Below are positions 1 to 8,443 of a stretch of DNA of 64,000 nt, piece after piece. The DNA is from a virus. Taxonomy: Duplodnaviria > Caudoviricetes. A program made the translations under genes and the position numbers. The notes below the pieces were generated by a model. The model did not search any database. It was not told the origin of the DNA and worked only from the letters and a program-made list of their open reading frames with translations. The number at the start of each line of letters is the position of its first letter. Within the stretch, counting starts at the first letter, position 1. Where the stretch lies: IMG/VR virus record IMGVR_UViG_3300032243_000867, positions 64,001 through 128,000 of that record; one strand, written 5' to 3'.

Positions 1-2
1 TC

Positions 3-602
3 CCGGGTGACGCCTCCACGGACGGTGGGTGCAACGAGCAGGACGCCCTCAACTACTGGAAGCAGCACGGCGCACCCAATGGTTCGCACCAGATCGCCGG
101 GTGGCTCGCCGTGAACCCCGCTGACGTGAACGAGGTCAAGACGGCCCTTTGGCTCTTCGAGAACCTCGTGTTCGGCATCGAACTCCCCGACGCATGGCTG
201 AACGTCAACGCCTCGGGCTTCGTGTGGGATGCAGGTGCGCCCAACCCCAACAACGGCCATTGTGTCGTCGGATGTGGCTACAACGCGCAGGGAATCCAAG
301 TCTCGACGTGGGGCATGGTCGGAACGATGACGTGGGCGGCACTTGCCCGTGACGTGATCGCACAGTCGGGCGGCGAGCTCTACTGCGTGATCTCGCAGGA
401 CTGCCTCAACCGGGCTACCACCAAGACCCCGGCGGGTCTGAACTGGTCGCAACTCGTCGCGGACTTCAACGCCATCGGCGGGAACATTCCGGCACCGGCT
501 CCCGTCCCGCCCGCCCCCCCAGCCCCCGTGGCTGCACCGACCAAGGCGCAAGTTCTCGCAGCGGTGACCGCCGCCGTCAACAACTTGAAGTGGCCGACGT
601 GA
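3..602 (+). CDS. Papain-like (C1-type) cysteine peptidase, 5'-truncated by the window
   Basis: The frame is open from base 3 (PGDASTDGGCNEQDALNYW...). It has the GHCVVGCGY and STWG motifs of the papain-fold C-terminal half and a Pro/Ala-rich tail. Confidence 0.6.
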   Translation, partial: PGDASTDGGCNEQDALNYWKQHGAPNGSHQIAGWLAVNPADVNEVKTALWLFENLVFGIELPDAWLNVNASGFVWDAGAPNPNNGHCVVGCGYNAQGIQVSTWGMVGTMTWAALARDVIAQSGGELYCVISQDCLNRATTKTPAGLNWSQLVADFNAIGGNIPAPAPVPPAPPAPVAAPTKAQVLAAVTAAVNNLKWPT

Positions 603-630
603 ACCCCGCTTCGCGGGCGTAACGTCCACC

Positions 631-1623
631 ATGCCCGTCACCCTCGTCTGGAGGACCGACGTTCACCTGTCGGACCACACGCCCCGCTCCCGCACCGACA
701 ACTGGACTGACACGGTTCTCCGCAAGCTCGCGGCGGTAGGTGAGATCGCCCGCAACGTGGGTGCGAACGCCGTGATCGACGGCGGAGACTTCTTCGACAT
801 CAAGGCACCGGGCCGGAACTCGCACGCGCTGATTCGTCGCGCCATCGAGGTCCACCGTGACTACCCCTGCCCGGTGTACGCGAACGTCGGCAACCACGAC
901 TGCGTGTACGGGGACTACAGCTACCTCCCGCAGCAACCCTTGGGAGTGCTGTACGAAGCGGGTACGTTCCGCCGCCTGTACGACGAACACGAAGCCGTCT
1001 TCAGTTCCACCGAGGCCCTACGGGTGCCTTTGAAGGTTCGGGTGGTGGGGGTGCCCTATCACGGCACCCAGTACGACCTCGACCGCCTCGCCCGTATCAA
1101 GAAAGGCGACGAGGACTACCTGATGGTGGTGGGGCACCTGCTCGCCAGCCCGAAGCAATCCACCATGTTCGACGCCGAGGACGTGATTCGGTACGACGTT
1201 CTGGATCAGTACCCGGACGTGGACGTATGGGCGTTCGGTCACTGGCACATGGACCAGGGAATCGAACGCACACCCGGCGGCAAACTGGTGGTCAACACGG
1301 GAAGCCTCACTCGGGGGGCTCTCTCCCAAGACTCCCTCGACCGTATCCCCACGGTCACCGCTCTGCGATTCGGCCTTGAGGGTGTCACGGCTACGAAGGT
1401 GGTGGTCCCACACGCCCCAGCGAGCGAGGTATTCGACCTCGTAGCCAAGGACAAGGACGCGATCCGGCAGACAATGATCGAGGAGTTCGTCGATCACCTG
1501 TCGCAGACGTTCTCCCCGTCCACCCAGAAACCCCTCACCGATGCCGTGCGGGATATCCCCGGTGTGCCCGATGCCGTGCGCGAGCGGACCCTCAACTACA
1601 TCGAAAAAGCGGGCGGGCGGTAG
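631..1623 (+). CDS. SbcD/Mre11-like metallophosphoesterase nuclease
   Basis: Calcineurin-like motifs TDVH, DGGDFFD, VGNHD, GHLL and FGHWH, followed by NTGSLTR. Confidence 0.85.
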   Translation: MPVTLVWRTDVHLSDHTPRSRTDNWTDTVLRKLAAVGEIARNVGANAVIDGGDFFDIKAPGRNSHALIRRAIEVHRDYPCPVYANVGNHDCVYGDYSYLPQQPLGVLYEAGTFRRLYDEHEAVFSSTEALRVPLKVRVVGVPYHGTQYDLDRLARIKKGDEDYLMVVGHLLASPKQSTMFDAEDVIRYDVLDQYPDVDVWAFGHWHMDQGIERTPGGKLVVNTGSLTRGALSQDSLDRIPTVTALRFGLEGVTATKVVVPHAPASEVFDLVAKDKDAIRQTMIEEFVDHLSQTFSPSTQKPLTDAVRDIPGVPDAVRERTLNYIEKAGGR

Positions 1624-1635
1624 AGTGCCGATACC

Positions 1636-2610
1636 GTGAGCCGTACCTTTTATCTGTATTGGAGCAACATCGAAGCCTATGAGGCTTGCCCTCGTTCCTT
1701 TCTCTGGGGGCACGGGTGGGGGGCGATTGACCTTGGTCGGGGGCCGGGTCGGTCGAAGGCGAAACCCGTGCGGGACAGCAAGCACCATGCGGTCATGGGC
1801 ATTGTGCTCGCTCGCGCCATCGAGCACCTCTACAACGACGAGCTCTGGCGAGAGCCCGCGGCGCTCTCTCAGAATCTCACGGACCTCGTGACCCGCGAGT
1901 TCACGTTCGCCCTGAACGAGAACTACATCGACTGGAACGAGGCTCCGCCGAAGTCCGAGATGCTCGACGTGTGCGTCAAAGGTGCGCTGGGCTACCTCAA
2001 AACGATGAAGGCCAACAAGCTGCTGGGCCCCTACGCCAAGAGCGAGGTGGACCTGACCGCATGGGTGGATCAGTACACGCCCGTGGGCGGGCGTCCCGAC
2101 GTGATCATCCGCCGCGAGGACTCTGGGGTCACGATCCTCGACGGGAAGAACGCCCTGACTCCCGGCAAGTACACGAACCCGGACCAGCTTCGGTGGTACG
2201 CCCTCTGCTTCTACCTCGCGTACAACGTGCTGCCGTCCCGTCTGGCCTTCGCGTACTTCCGTTACCCCGAGGGGACACCTCCCAAGGATCACCCCGAGGG
2301 CACCCCGTGGACGGGGTTGGTGGAGGTTCCCTTCGACCGGGAGGACCTCAAAACGCTGGGGGTTCGCGCCAAGGAGACTCACCGCGCGATGCAAAAGGAG
2401 CTCTTCGACCCGGTGCCGTCGTCGAAGAACTGCCGTTTTTGTGACTACAAAACCGTGTGCGACGCCGCTCACCAACCCACGCCGCGAAAGCCCAAGGCCC
2501 TTCCCGTGGTCACCGAGGGCACGGTAGAGCACGCGATCTCAACTTCTGACGGGATCGTTGAGTTCGGGTTCGGGAACGAGTCGGTCGCGGGCGTAAAAGT
2601 GAAACCATGA
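1636..2610 (+). CDS. PD-(D/E)XK nuclease, Cas4/AddB/RecB-like with a probable 4Fe-4S cluster
   Basis: N-terminal ACPR, GRPDV...ILDGK core, QLRWYA and C-terminal CRFCDYKTVC (1+3 Cys staple). Confidence 0.8.
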   Translation: MSRTFYLYWSNIEAYEACPRSFLWGHGWGAIDLGRGPGRSKAKPVRDSKHHAVMGIVLARAIEHLYNDELWREPAALSQNLTDLVTREFTFALNENYIDWNEAPPKSEMLDVCVKGALGYLKTMKANKLLGPYAKSEVDLTAWVDQYTPVGGRPDVIIRREDSGVTILDGKNALTPGKYTNPDQLRWYALCFYLAYNVLPSRLAFAYFRYPEGTPPKDHPEGTPWTGLVEVPFDREDLKTLGVRAKETHRAMQKELFDPVPSSKNCRFCDYKTVCDAAHQPTPRKPKALPVVTEGTVEHAISTSDGIVEFGFGNESVAGVKVKP

Positions 2611-2879
2611 GCTCAGACCTAAAGACTCGCCTCGACGCGGCGGTCAAGAGGCGTGACGACCTCACCGCGAAGCGGCAGAGGTTGCTGGGCCGTCTCGAAG
2701 AGGCGGAACGAACCGCCGAGGAACTTCGGGCGAAGTGCCGCGCGAAGGGGATTGACCCGGACAACCTTGAGAGCGTAATCGCCAAACTGGAAACCGCTCT
2801 GGAGAAGTCCCTCCTCGACTTAGAAGCCAAGCTAACTGACGCCGAGAAATCCCTCGAACCCTATCTCAACAGGAAGTAA
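2607..2879 (+). CDS. Small coiled-coil hypothetical protein
   Basis: 90 aa heptad-rich ORF with an ATGA overlap on the upstream gene. Confidence 0.7.
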   Translation: MSSDLKTRLDAAVKRRDDLTAKRQRLLGRLEEAERTAEELRAKCRAKGIDPDNLESVIAKLETALEKSLLDLEAKLTDAEKSLEPYLNRK

Positions 2880-2882
2880 CCC

Positions 2883-4001
2883 GTGAACATCAACAGCACT
2901 GACCTCGAAATCGCCCTGAAGGTTGTCCGCGTCACCGTGGGAACCTCCAGCGACATCGCTTCCCACTACGTCTTCCGTTCGCGCGGGGGAAAGCTGGAGG
3001 TTCTCTCTTACGACGGGCGCACGTTCTCTTCGTGCTTCGTCCCCAACACGACGACGACCGAGGAGCTCTCTTTCACGGTGGAGGCGCGGCGTATTCACGT
3101 TCTCCTCGACAACGTCGGCGCGAACCAGCCCCTCGAACTCTCCTACTCGGAGGGCGGGGAGGTCACCGTCAAGGCTTCGCGCGGCAAGGTGACGTTCTCT
3201 TCTCTCGACCCGTCGCTGTTCCCGTACTGGGATGACGTTCTGACGGGTGCGGCGTCTACCGCGACGGTGGGGGCGGACCGCCTTCATTCCGCGCTCTCGA
3301 ACGCTCGGCAGTTCATCTACGACCAGGAGTCCAAGAACCCGGCTCTCTGCGTCGCGGAGTTCCGCAACGGGGTGCTTCACTCCACCGACCAGATGGCCGT
3401 CTCCCTCGTGAAGATGCCGGGGATGGAGGCGTGCAAGCTCCGCGTGTTCGTGAAGGATCTTCCCAACGTGCTCTCCTTCCTCGTTACGGCGAAGGGGGAA
3501 GATGTCGAGATTCTGGAGTCCGACCGGGCGAGCTTCCTCCGCCGCCCGTCGGGCGCGGTGTTCGGTGAGGCGGTGTTCGCGCACCGGTTTCCCGACATCA
3601 ACGTGGACTGGGCCCTGGAGGATGACCAGTCATGGGACATCTTCCAAGAGGAGCTCCTCGCGGGCATCGGGTTCCTTCAGTCGGGCGCGAAGCTCGACGA
3701 GCCCCGCGTCCGTTTCCAGCGCGACGAGAATCGGGTGAATCTCTCGATGACCTCGGTCAGCGGGAAGGCCCTTCCCCTCACCATCCCCCTCGTCGAGTTC
3801 AAGCAGAAGGAGGGGGGCGTAACGGAGATGCCGGTGTTCGCCGTCACCGATGCCTACGTCTCCAAGATTCTCAACGGCAACGGCAACACCAAGGTCCGCC
3901 TCGGCGTTTCCAAGAAGGGCGCTGGCGGCTGGGTGCGCGTTCGGGACGACCGCGGCCCCGATACCTACCTCACCACGGTCGCATGGTTGAAGAACGCCTG
4001 A
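2883..4001 (+). CDS. dnaN: DNA polymerase III beta sliding clamp-like protein
   Basis: 372 aa, matching clamp size. Motifs LEVLSYDG, FTVEARRI, FSSLDPSLFP and a repeated three-domain pattern. Confidence 0.7.
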   Translation: MNINSTDLEIALKVVRVTVGTSSDIASHYVFRSRGGKLEVLSYDGRTFSSCFVPNTTTTEELSFTVEARRIHVLLDNVGANQPLELSYSEGGEVTVKASRGKVTFSSLDPSLFPYWDDVLTGAASTATVGADRLHSALSNARQFIYDQESKNPALCVAEFRNGVLHSTDQMAVSLVKMPGMEACKLRVFVKDLPNVLSFLVTAKGEDVEILESDRASFLRRPSGAVFGEAVFAHRFPDINVDWALEDDQSWDIFQEELLAGIGFLQSGAKLDEPRVRFQRDENRVNLSMTSVSGKALPLTIPLVEFKQKEGGVTEMPVFAVTDAYVSKILNGNGNTKVRLGVSKKGAGGWVRVRDDRGPDTYLTTVAWLKNA

Positions 4002-4618
4002 AGTCCCTCAACAACTCGCTGCGTATCGCGCAGGGTCGCCGTGAAGAAGTACGGCTCTCCCTGAGCGATGCGCGCGGGTCTGTTACCCGCCTCGAAAACG
4101 AATCCCAACTCCTGGATCACGTCGCGGTCTTACTTCACACCCTCATCGACGGGGAAATCACCGAGGGCGTCAAGGCCATCGAGTCCCTTCAATCCGAAGG
4201 GGTGCGTGCGGTGTTCAACGACCAAGACATCACGGTGCGGGCCGACGTAGAGGTATCTCGCGGAAAGGTGAACGTCTCCCTCGTCACCTCCCAGCGTAAG
4301 GAGAACGGCGACCTGATCGAAGGGCTTGCCCTCGACGGGTTCGGCGGTGCGGTCAGCACCGTGCAGAGTATTCTTCTGCGCCTCGCGATCATTTTCCGGC
4401 GCGGGTTGCGACCCGTGTTGTTTCTAGACGAGACACTCCCAGCCTTCGACGACCGCTACGTCCACGCGATGGCCGCGTTCCTCAAGACCCTTTGCAAGCG
4501 CATGGGTGTGGACATCCTGCTGGTGACGCACAACCCGGCGTTGGTAGATGCCGGGGACCGCGCGTACCGTATTCGGCGGGACAAGGGGTTCTGCACGTTC
4601 CACAGGATCACCCAATGA
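3983..4618 (+). CDS. SbcC/Rad50-like ATPase, C-terminal half only
   Basis: ATG at 3983 overlaps the clamp gene. Coiled coil, then signature-like GFGG, Walker B VLFLDE and LLVTHN H-loop. No Walker A. Confidence 0.8.
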   Translation: MVEERLKSLNNSLRIAQGRREEVRLSLSDARGSVTRLENESQLLDHVAVLLHTLIDGEITEGVKAIESLQSEGVRAVFNDQDITVRADVEVSRGKVNVSLVTSQRKENGDLIEGLALDGFGGAVSTVQSILLRLAIIFRRGLRPVLFLDETLPAFDDRYVHAMAAFLKTLCKRMGVDILLVTHNPALVDAGDRAYRIRRDKGFCTFHRITQ

Positions 4619-5145
4619 AGACCGAAGGGCAGGTACGGCACAAGCTCCAGCAGGTGACCTACCGCCACATCCAGCGGGCCATTCGCACGGCCCTCTCCCG
4701 TCGCCCCGAGAATTGCGAGAACAACCGCCGCGTGAAGCTCCCGGTGTTGGGTTCCGAAGTTCGGTTCTGCACCGTGATCGAGGACGTGGACGGTGACTTC
4801 GTGCCGTGCGACGAACGGCACGGGGGTTTGGACCGTGCCGCCAAGTGCCCGCAGTTCGCGTGCGCTTCCACCAAGGAGTCCGTGAAGGCCGACTTCTCGG
4901 AATTCTTGAGTACGTCCGACGTGGCGACCATCGCCGCCCAGTACCCGGACATCGCCGCGCTTCTGTGGGCCCTCGATGACACCGCCCCGGTGCCCATCGA
5001 GGAGCCCCTAGCGCCGGAACCACCCCCTCCCCCCTACAACATCATCTACTTCACGGGGGGAGGGGCGATTTCCGTCCCCGCTGTGGGGCCGTTCACGGGT
5101 CACCGCGCCGTCACCTACAATGTCACGTTCGGAGCCGGGTCGTGA
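4615..5145 (+). CDS. Hypothetical Cys-rich protein
   Basis: ATG at 4615 overlaps the upstream stop (ATGA); several Cys residues. Confidence 0.6.
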   Translation: MKTEGQVRHKLQQVTYRHIQRAIRTALSRRPENCENNRRVKLPVLGSEVRFCTVIEDVDGDFVPCDERHGGLDRAAKCPQFACASTKESVKADFSEFLSTSDVATIAAQYPDIAALLWALDDTAPVPIEEPLAPEPPPPPYNIIYFTGGGAISVPAVGPFTGHRAVTYNVTFGAGS

Positions 5146-5663
5146 GTCTACTCCACGTCGTGTCCGTCCCGGCCCCCGGCAAGGGTGCCCCATTGTTCGT
5201 GGAGTTGCCCGTCCACCCGGACACGGCCCCGTACCTCGTCACCAGCAACAAGGGGATGTTGTGGATCGACAACAGCTTCAGCGGGAGCTTTGTCCGTTCC
5301 GCTGTCCTCCGTGAGCGATGGGGGGACTCCGTGGGTCACGTCACCTACGAGGCCATTGTGCGGTGCATCGTCCAGCGGGGTCGAGAACTCTCGTGGGGCA
5401 ACCAGTTCCCGGCGACGGCGGTAGGACTTCGTGGTGCCCGTGAGTACCTGAGGTCCTACGACTTGGTGGACTGCGATCTGCTGACCGGGAAGGGCGTGGC
5501 CTTGGGTGAGGGCATGGGGTGCCTTTGGGTTCCCGAGGGCTGTGCCGTGCTCGTGCCCCGCGACCGTTCGTACCTCGGCATCGTCGGGACGCTGGGCGAC
5601 GGGGCACACACGGTCATGGTCCACAACCCTTCCCGTGGCATGGCCGTGCTGGGCGCGTGGTGA
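5142..5663 (+). CDS. Hypothetical protein
   Basis: GTGA-coupled ORF with coding-like composition. Confidence 0.55.
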   Translation: MSLLHVVSVPAPGKGAPLFVELPVHPDTAPYLVTSNKGMLWIDNSFSGSFVRSAVLRERWGDSVGHVTYEAIVRCIVQRGRELSWGNQFPATAVGLRGAREYLRSYDLVDCDLLTGKGVALGEGMGCLWVPEGCAVLVPRDRSYLGIVGTLGDGAHTVMVHNPSRGMAVLGAW

Positions 5664-5680
5664 CGGGCGTAACGTCCCCC

Positions 5681-6403
5681 GTGAACTCCCCCATCGGTGA
5701 GTGGCTGGAAGCCCATCTCACCACCCTCTCCCTCTCCGAAGACTGCGAAGGCTACCTGCTGGGGCGAGGCGCGAGCCCCGACACCATCGAGCGGTTGGGC
5801 ATCCGCGAGTGGGAGCCAGCATCTACCCCCGCTCCCAGCGAGCACTTCACGTCCCGCTACGGTCGGCACGGCGAGAAGCTGACCGAGATGGTCACGATCC
5901 CCCTGCGTGGCCCCACGGGCACGCTCACGGGGATCGAAGCCCGTTCGTGGCACGAGAAGCGGGTGACGGACTTCCGGGTACCCGAGGCCGAGTGGAACCC
6001 CGTCGCTCTCGACCTACCGAGGGCGGCGGAAGCCATGTGGGCGGGCGGGTCCGTGTGGGTGGTCGAGGGCGTGTACGACCTGTGCGCCTTGGATTGGTGC
6101 ATCCCCAAGACCGACGCGGTGATCTCGACCCTGCGAGCGGGTCTGGGCAAAGACGTGCTGGAGTTTTTGGCCCGGTTCTGCACCAACACCGTGTACATGG
6201 TGTACGACAACGATGACACCGGGCGGCGGGCCACCCACGGCTGGAAAGACCCCGCCACGGGGAAGTACCGCCCCGGCGCTCTCGACCTCCTCAAGCGGGC
6301 TGGCGTGAGGGCGGTGGACTTCCGCTACCGGGGGAAAGACCCCGGTGAGGTGTGGCGAGCGGGCGGGCTGTCCAAGTTGCGGGAGACGTTCGGGCGGGCG
6401 TAA
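5681..6403 (+). CDS. DNA primase, TOPRIM domain (DnaG-like)
   Basis: VWVVEGVYDL, VYDNDDTG and KDPGE TOPRIM motifs. Start placed at GTG 5681, 5 nt after the GGGCG-TAACGT motif. Confidence 0.85.
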   Translation: MNSPIGEWLEAHLTTLSLSEDCEGYLLGRGASPDTIERLGIREWEPASTPAPSEHFTSRYGRHGEKLTEMVTIPLRGPTGTLTGIEARSWHEKRVTDFRVPEAEWNPVALDLPRAAEAMWAGGSVWVVEGVYDLCALDWCIPKTDAVISTLRAGLGKDVLEFLARFCTNTVYMVYDNDDTGRRATHGWKDPATGKYRPGALDLLKRAGVRAVDFRYRGKDPGEVWRAGGLSKLRETFGRA

Positions 6404-6411
6404 CGTCCCGC

Positions 6412-6885
6412 ATGAGCCCCGAAGCTATCGTCATCGCCATCCTCGCCCTGTTCCCCCACATGAGCGGGAACAACCGCCGCTGCATCGAGACGCAGCAAGA
6501 CCGCATCGTCCAACAGCTTCGTGAGGTATCCCAGCCCTACGAGCCCGGTGCGCCCGTGCCCCCGGTGGAGCTCACCGCTGCCGTTGCCTTCGCGGAGACA
6601 CACCTTGGGTGCGACATCAACGAAGGGGGCAACTGGGGTGCGCCCATCGACCCGCAGCACCGTCACACCGCCGGGACGCATATGCACGCCGTCCGCGCCC
6701 TGTCCCGTGGCTACCAGCGGTGCGGGGATTGGGACGGGGCCATCCTTCGGTTCCGCACGGGGCTCTGCAACCCCCGGCGCAGCCCGTCGGAGCGGGTACG
6801 CGAGCAGGGCGCGCACTACCTCCGGGTGATTCACCGCATCGTGGAGCGGGTTCGTCGGCACGCCGAAGAAGTACACGGCGAGTGA
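6412..6885 (+). CDS. Putative lytic-transglycosylase-like (SLT/lysozyme fold) protein
   Basis: Hydrophobic N-terminus, LTAAVAFAET (candidate catalytic Glu) and AILRFRTG...HYLRVI pattern. Confidence 0.45.
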   Translation: MSPEAIVIAILALFPHMSGNNRRCIETQQDRIVQQLREVSQPYEPGAPVPPVELTAAVAFAETHLGCDINEGGNWGAPIDPQHRHTAGTHMHAVRALSRGYQRCGDWDGAILRFRTGLCNPRRSPSERVREQGAHYLRVIHRIVERVRRHAEEVHGE

Positions 6886-7052
6886 CCCGGAACAACCTTC
6901 CGCGTATCCTCCGGGGCGGCAGCGGGTTCAGCCTAGAGACGGTGCCCGTTCGCGCGGCGACTCGCTACACGGTCGGGCCTTTGGTTTTGTACGACAGCGT
7001 CGGGTTTCGGTGTGGGTTGCGGGGCAGACAACCCGTGGGGGCTAAACCGTGA
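6882..7052 (+). CDS. Mini-ORF 1 (56 aa): FGE/CLec C-terminal (DGR VR-like) segment
   Basis: MTRNNLPRILRGGSGFSLETVPVRAATRYTVGPLVLYDSVGFRCGLRGRQPVGAKP; GTGA overlap with the upstream stop. Confidence 0.65.
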   Translation: MTRNNLPRILRGGSGFSLETVPVRAATRYTVGPLVLYDSVGFRCGLRGRQPVGAKP

Positions 7053-7210
7053 GCTTCGACAAGACTATGGTCGTCATCCGAGGCGGTAGCTGGGGGGATT
7101 CCCCGGAAATCTTCGCCCGTGCGACCTTCGATTCCGCGTACTCGCCCGTGACCCGCTACGAGTGCTTCGGGTTCCGCACCCCCCTTCCAGCCCGTCAGCC
7201 ACGGGCGTAA
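7049..7210 (+). CDS. Mini-ORF 2 (53 aa): FGE/CLec C-terminal segment
   Basis: MSFDKTMVVIRGGSWGDSPEIFARATFDSAYSPVTRYECFGFRTPLPARQPRA; GTGA-coupled; absent from the ORF track (<60 aa). Confidence 0.65.
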   Translation: MSFDKTMVVIRGGSWGDSPEIFARATFDSAYSPVTRYECFGFRTPLPARQPRA

Positions 7211-7218
7211 GTACCCGT

Positions 7219-7401
7219 ATGAACCCCCCCACCACCAAACCCACCTCCGACACCCTTCACCGCGTCTACCGCGGCGGCAGTTGGTGCAGCGGACCGTCGT
7301 TGGTACGCGCGGCTCGCAGCGCGGTCGTGCCTGCGTTCCGGTACAGCATCATCGGCTTCCGTTGCGCGCTGCGGGGATGTGAGAGGAAGGTGAAGCCGTG
7401 A
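7219..7401 (+). CDS. Mini-ORF 3 (60 aa): FGE/CLec C-terminal segment
   Basis: MNPPTTKPTSDTLHRVYRGGSWCSGPSLVRAARSAVVPAFRYSIIGFRCALRGCERKVKP. Confidence 0.7.
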   Translation: MNPPTTKPTSDTLHRVYRGGSWCSGPSLVRAARSAVVPAFRYSIIGFRCALRGCERKVKP

Positions 7402-7571
7402 GTGAGTCCAAGACCGACACCCGTTACCTCGTCTTCCGCGGCGGCGGTAGCTGGTACAGCTGTGGGCCGTCGAGGGTGCGCGCGGCCATTCGCAACGCGG
7501 ACGAGCCTGCGTACCGTGACGACAACCTGGGGTTTCGGTGCGCGCTGCGGGGAAGGGAACCACGGGCGTAA
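7398..7571 (+). CDS. Mini-ORF 4 (57 aa): FGE/CLec C-terminal segment
   Basis: MSESKTDTRYLVFRGGGSWYSCGPSRVRAAIRNADEPAYRDDNLGFRCALRGREPRA; GTGA-coupled; absent from the ORF track. Confidence 0.7.
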   Translation: MSESKTDTRYLVFRGGGSWYSCGPSRVRAAIRNADEPAYRDDNLGFRCALRGREPRA

Positions 7572-7579
7572 GTACCTAT

Positions 7580-7999
7580 ATGGACGACGACACTCTCAAG
7601 CAGTTCCTCCGATGGCGCGGTGTCCGCAACCCCTGCCCCAAGTGCAACGGGCGCGGCTGCTACCAGTACAGCAGCGGGGCGACGTGGCGCGGCGGCATGG
7701 GCACGGCATCCTACGAGTGGGACGTGTGCGACGTGTGCTGGGGCACGGGCGACGAATCCCGCACGGGCGTGGACCTCCGCAAGCAGCGAGACGAGTTCAA
7801 CGCCACCGTGGCGTTGGAAGCTGGGAAGCACCTGTCGCGGTTCGTCGGCGGCATCGGTGAAACGCGCCCCGCCATCGGGGCCATCGCGGACGAACTGGAC
7901 CGCCTTGCACGGGGCCGGAAGGATCGCCCCCGTCACTTTTACACGTTGGTGGGCTACATCGCGGACAAGGTGCGGGACATGGCGAAGGTGCCGACGTGA
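7580..7999 (+). CDS. Hypothetical protein with DnaJ-type CxxCxGxG zinc motifs
   Basis: CPKCNGRG and CDVCWGTG; ATG 5 nt after the GGGCG-TAAGTA motif. Confidence 0.65.
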   Translation: MDDDTLKQFLRWRGVRNPCPKCNGRGCYQYSSGATWRGGMGTASYEWDVCDVCWGTGDESRTGVDLRKQRDEFNATVALEAGKHLSRFVGGIGETRPAIGAIADELDRLARGRKDRPRHFYTLVGYIADKVRDMAKVPT

Positions 8000-8214
8000 G
8001 CGAGCCCCGGTACCAGTATGTGAACGTTGGGGTCTCGACGGGCCACCGTTGCGATTTCTGCGGAGAAGAGATACGGGACCCAAGTTGGGGTCTGCGCCGC
8101 GTGTGCAGCCTCCCCCCGGAGCACAAGGGGCACCCGTTGGGGCCGTGCCCCATGACGTGCGTGCAGACGTATGCGTGCCGCTCTTGTGCGCGGGCGGCGG
8201 GGAAGCATCCCTAG
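7996..8214 (+). CDS. Small Cys-rich hypothetical protein
   Basis: GTGA-coupled; CDFCG...CRSC. Confidence 0.5.
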   Translation: MSEPRYQYVNVGVSTGHRCDFCGEEIRDPSWGLRRVCSLPPEHKGHPLGPCPMTCVQTYACRSCARAAGKHP

Positions 8215-8216
8215 TC

Positions 8217-8429
8217 GTGAACGGCGACAACGAAGCGGCCTACCGCGCCGAGATCGCGGGTGCCCGGAAGGCCCTCGCCGCCGTGATCGCGATGCTGGAG
8301 TCCTGCAACGACCGTATCGTGCCCATCGGGTGGGACAGGACGGCATGGGAAGGTTTCTGCCTTCACCGCTACGGTGCGGCGGACGACGTGCGGGCGATGA
8401 AGCCCGAGGACATTCTGACGGAACGCTGA
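8217..8429 (+). CDS. Hypothetical protein
   Basis: GTG start at 8217 fills the gap between neighbouring genes. Confidence 0.45.
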   Translation: MNGDNEAAYRAEIAGARKALAAVIAMLESCNDRIVPIGWDRTAWEGFCLHRYGAADDVRAMKPEDILTER

Positions 8430-8443
8430 AAGGACAGACGACG

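Larger units (their letters stand above)
7199..7576 (+). repeat. 17-nt direct repeat CCACGGGCGTAAGTACC at 7199-7215 and 7560-7576
   Basis: Identical copies end mini-ORFs 2 and 4 (supplying PRA-stop) and contain the GGGCGTAA promoter-like motif. Confidence 0.9.

Noticed and set aside
1018-2532. 504-aa minus-strand ORF
   Set aside because: Antisense shadow of two well-supported + strand genes; high-GC codon bias keeps the reverse frame open; no motifs.
3815-3830. GGGCG-TAACGG inside the clamp gene and GGGCG-TAAAAG at 2589
   Set aside because: Spacing to the next start (2 nt and 7 nt) and the hexamer deviate from the consensus; not counted among the promoter sites.
6882-7576. Complete DGR locus or CRISPR mini-array
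   Set aside because: No reverse transcriptase, avd or AAC-rich TR in the window; the 17-nt repeat has only two copies and the intervening DNA is coding. Kept only as a VR-like mini-gene array.
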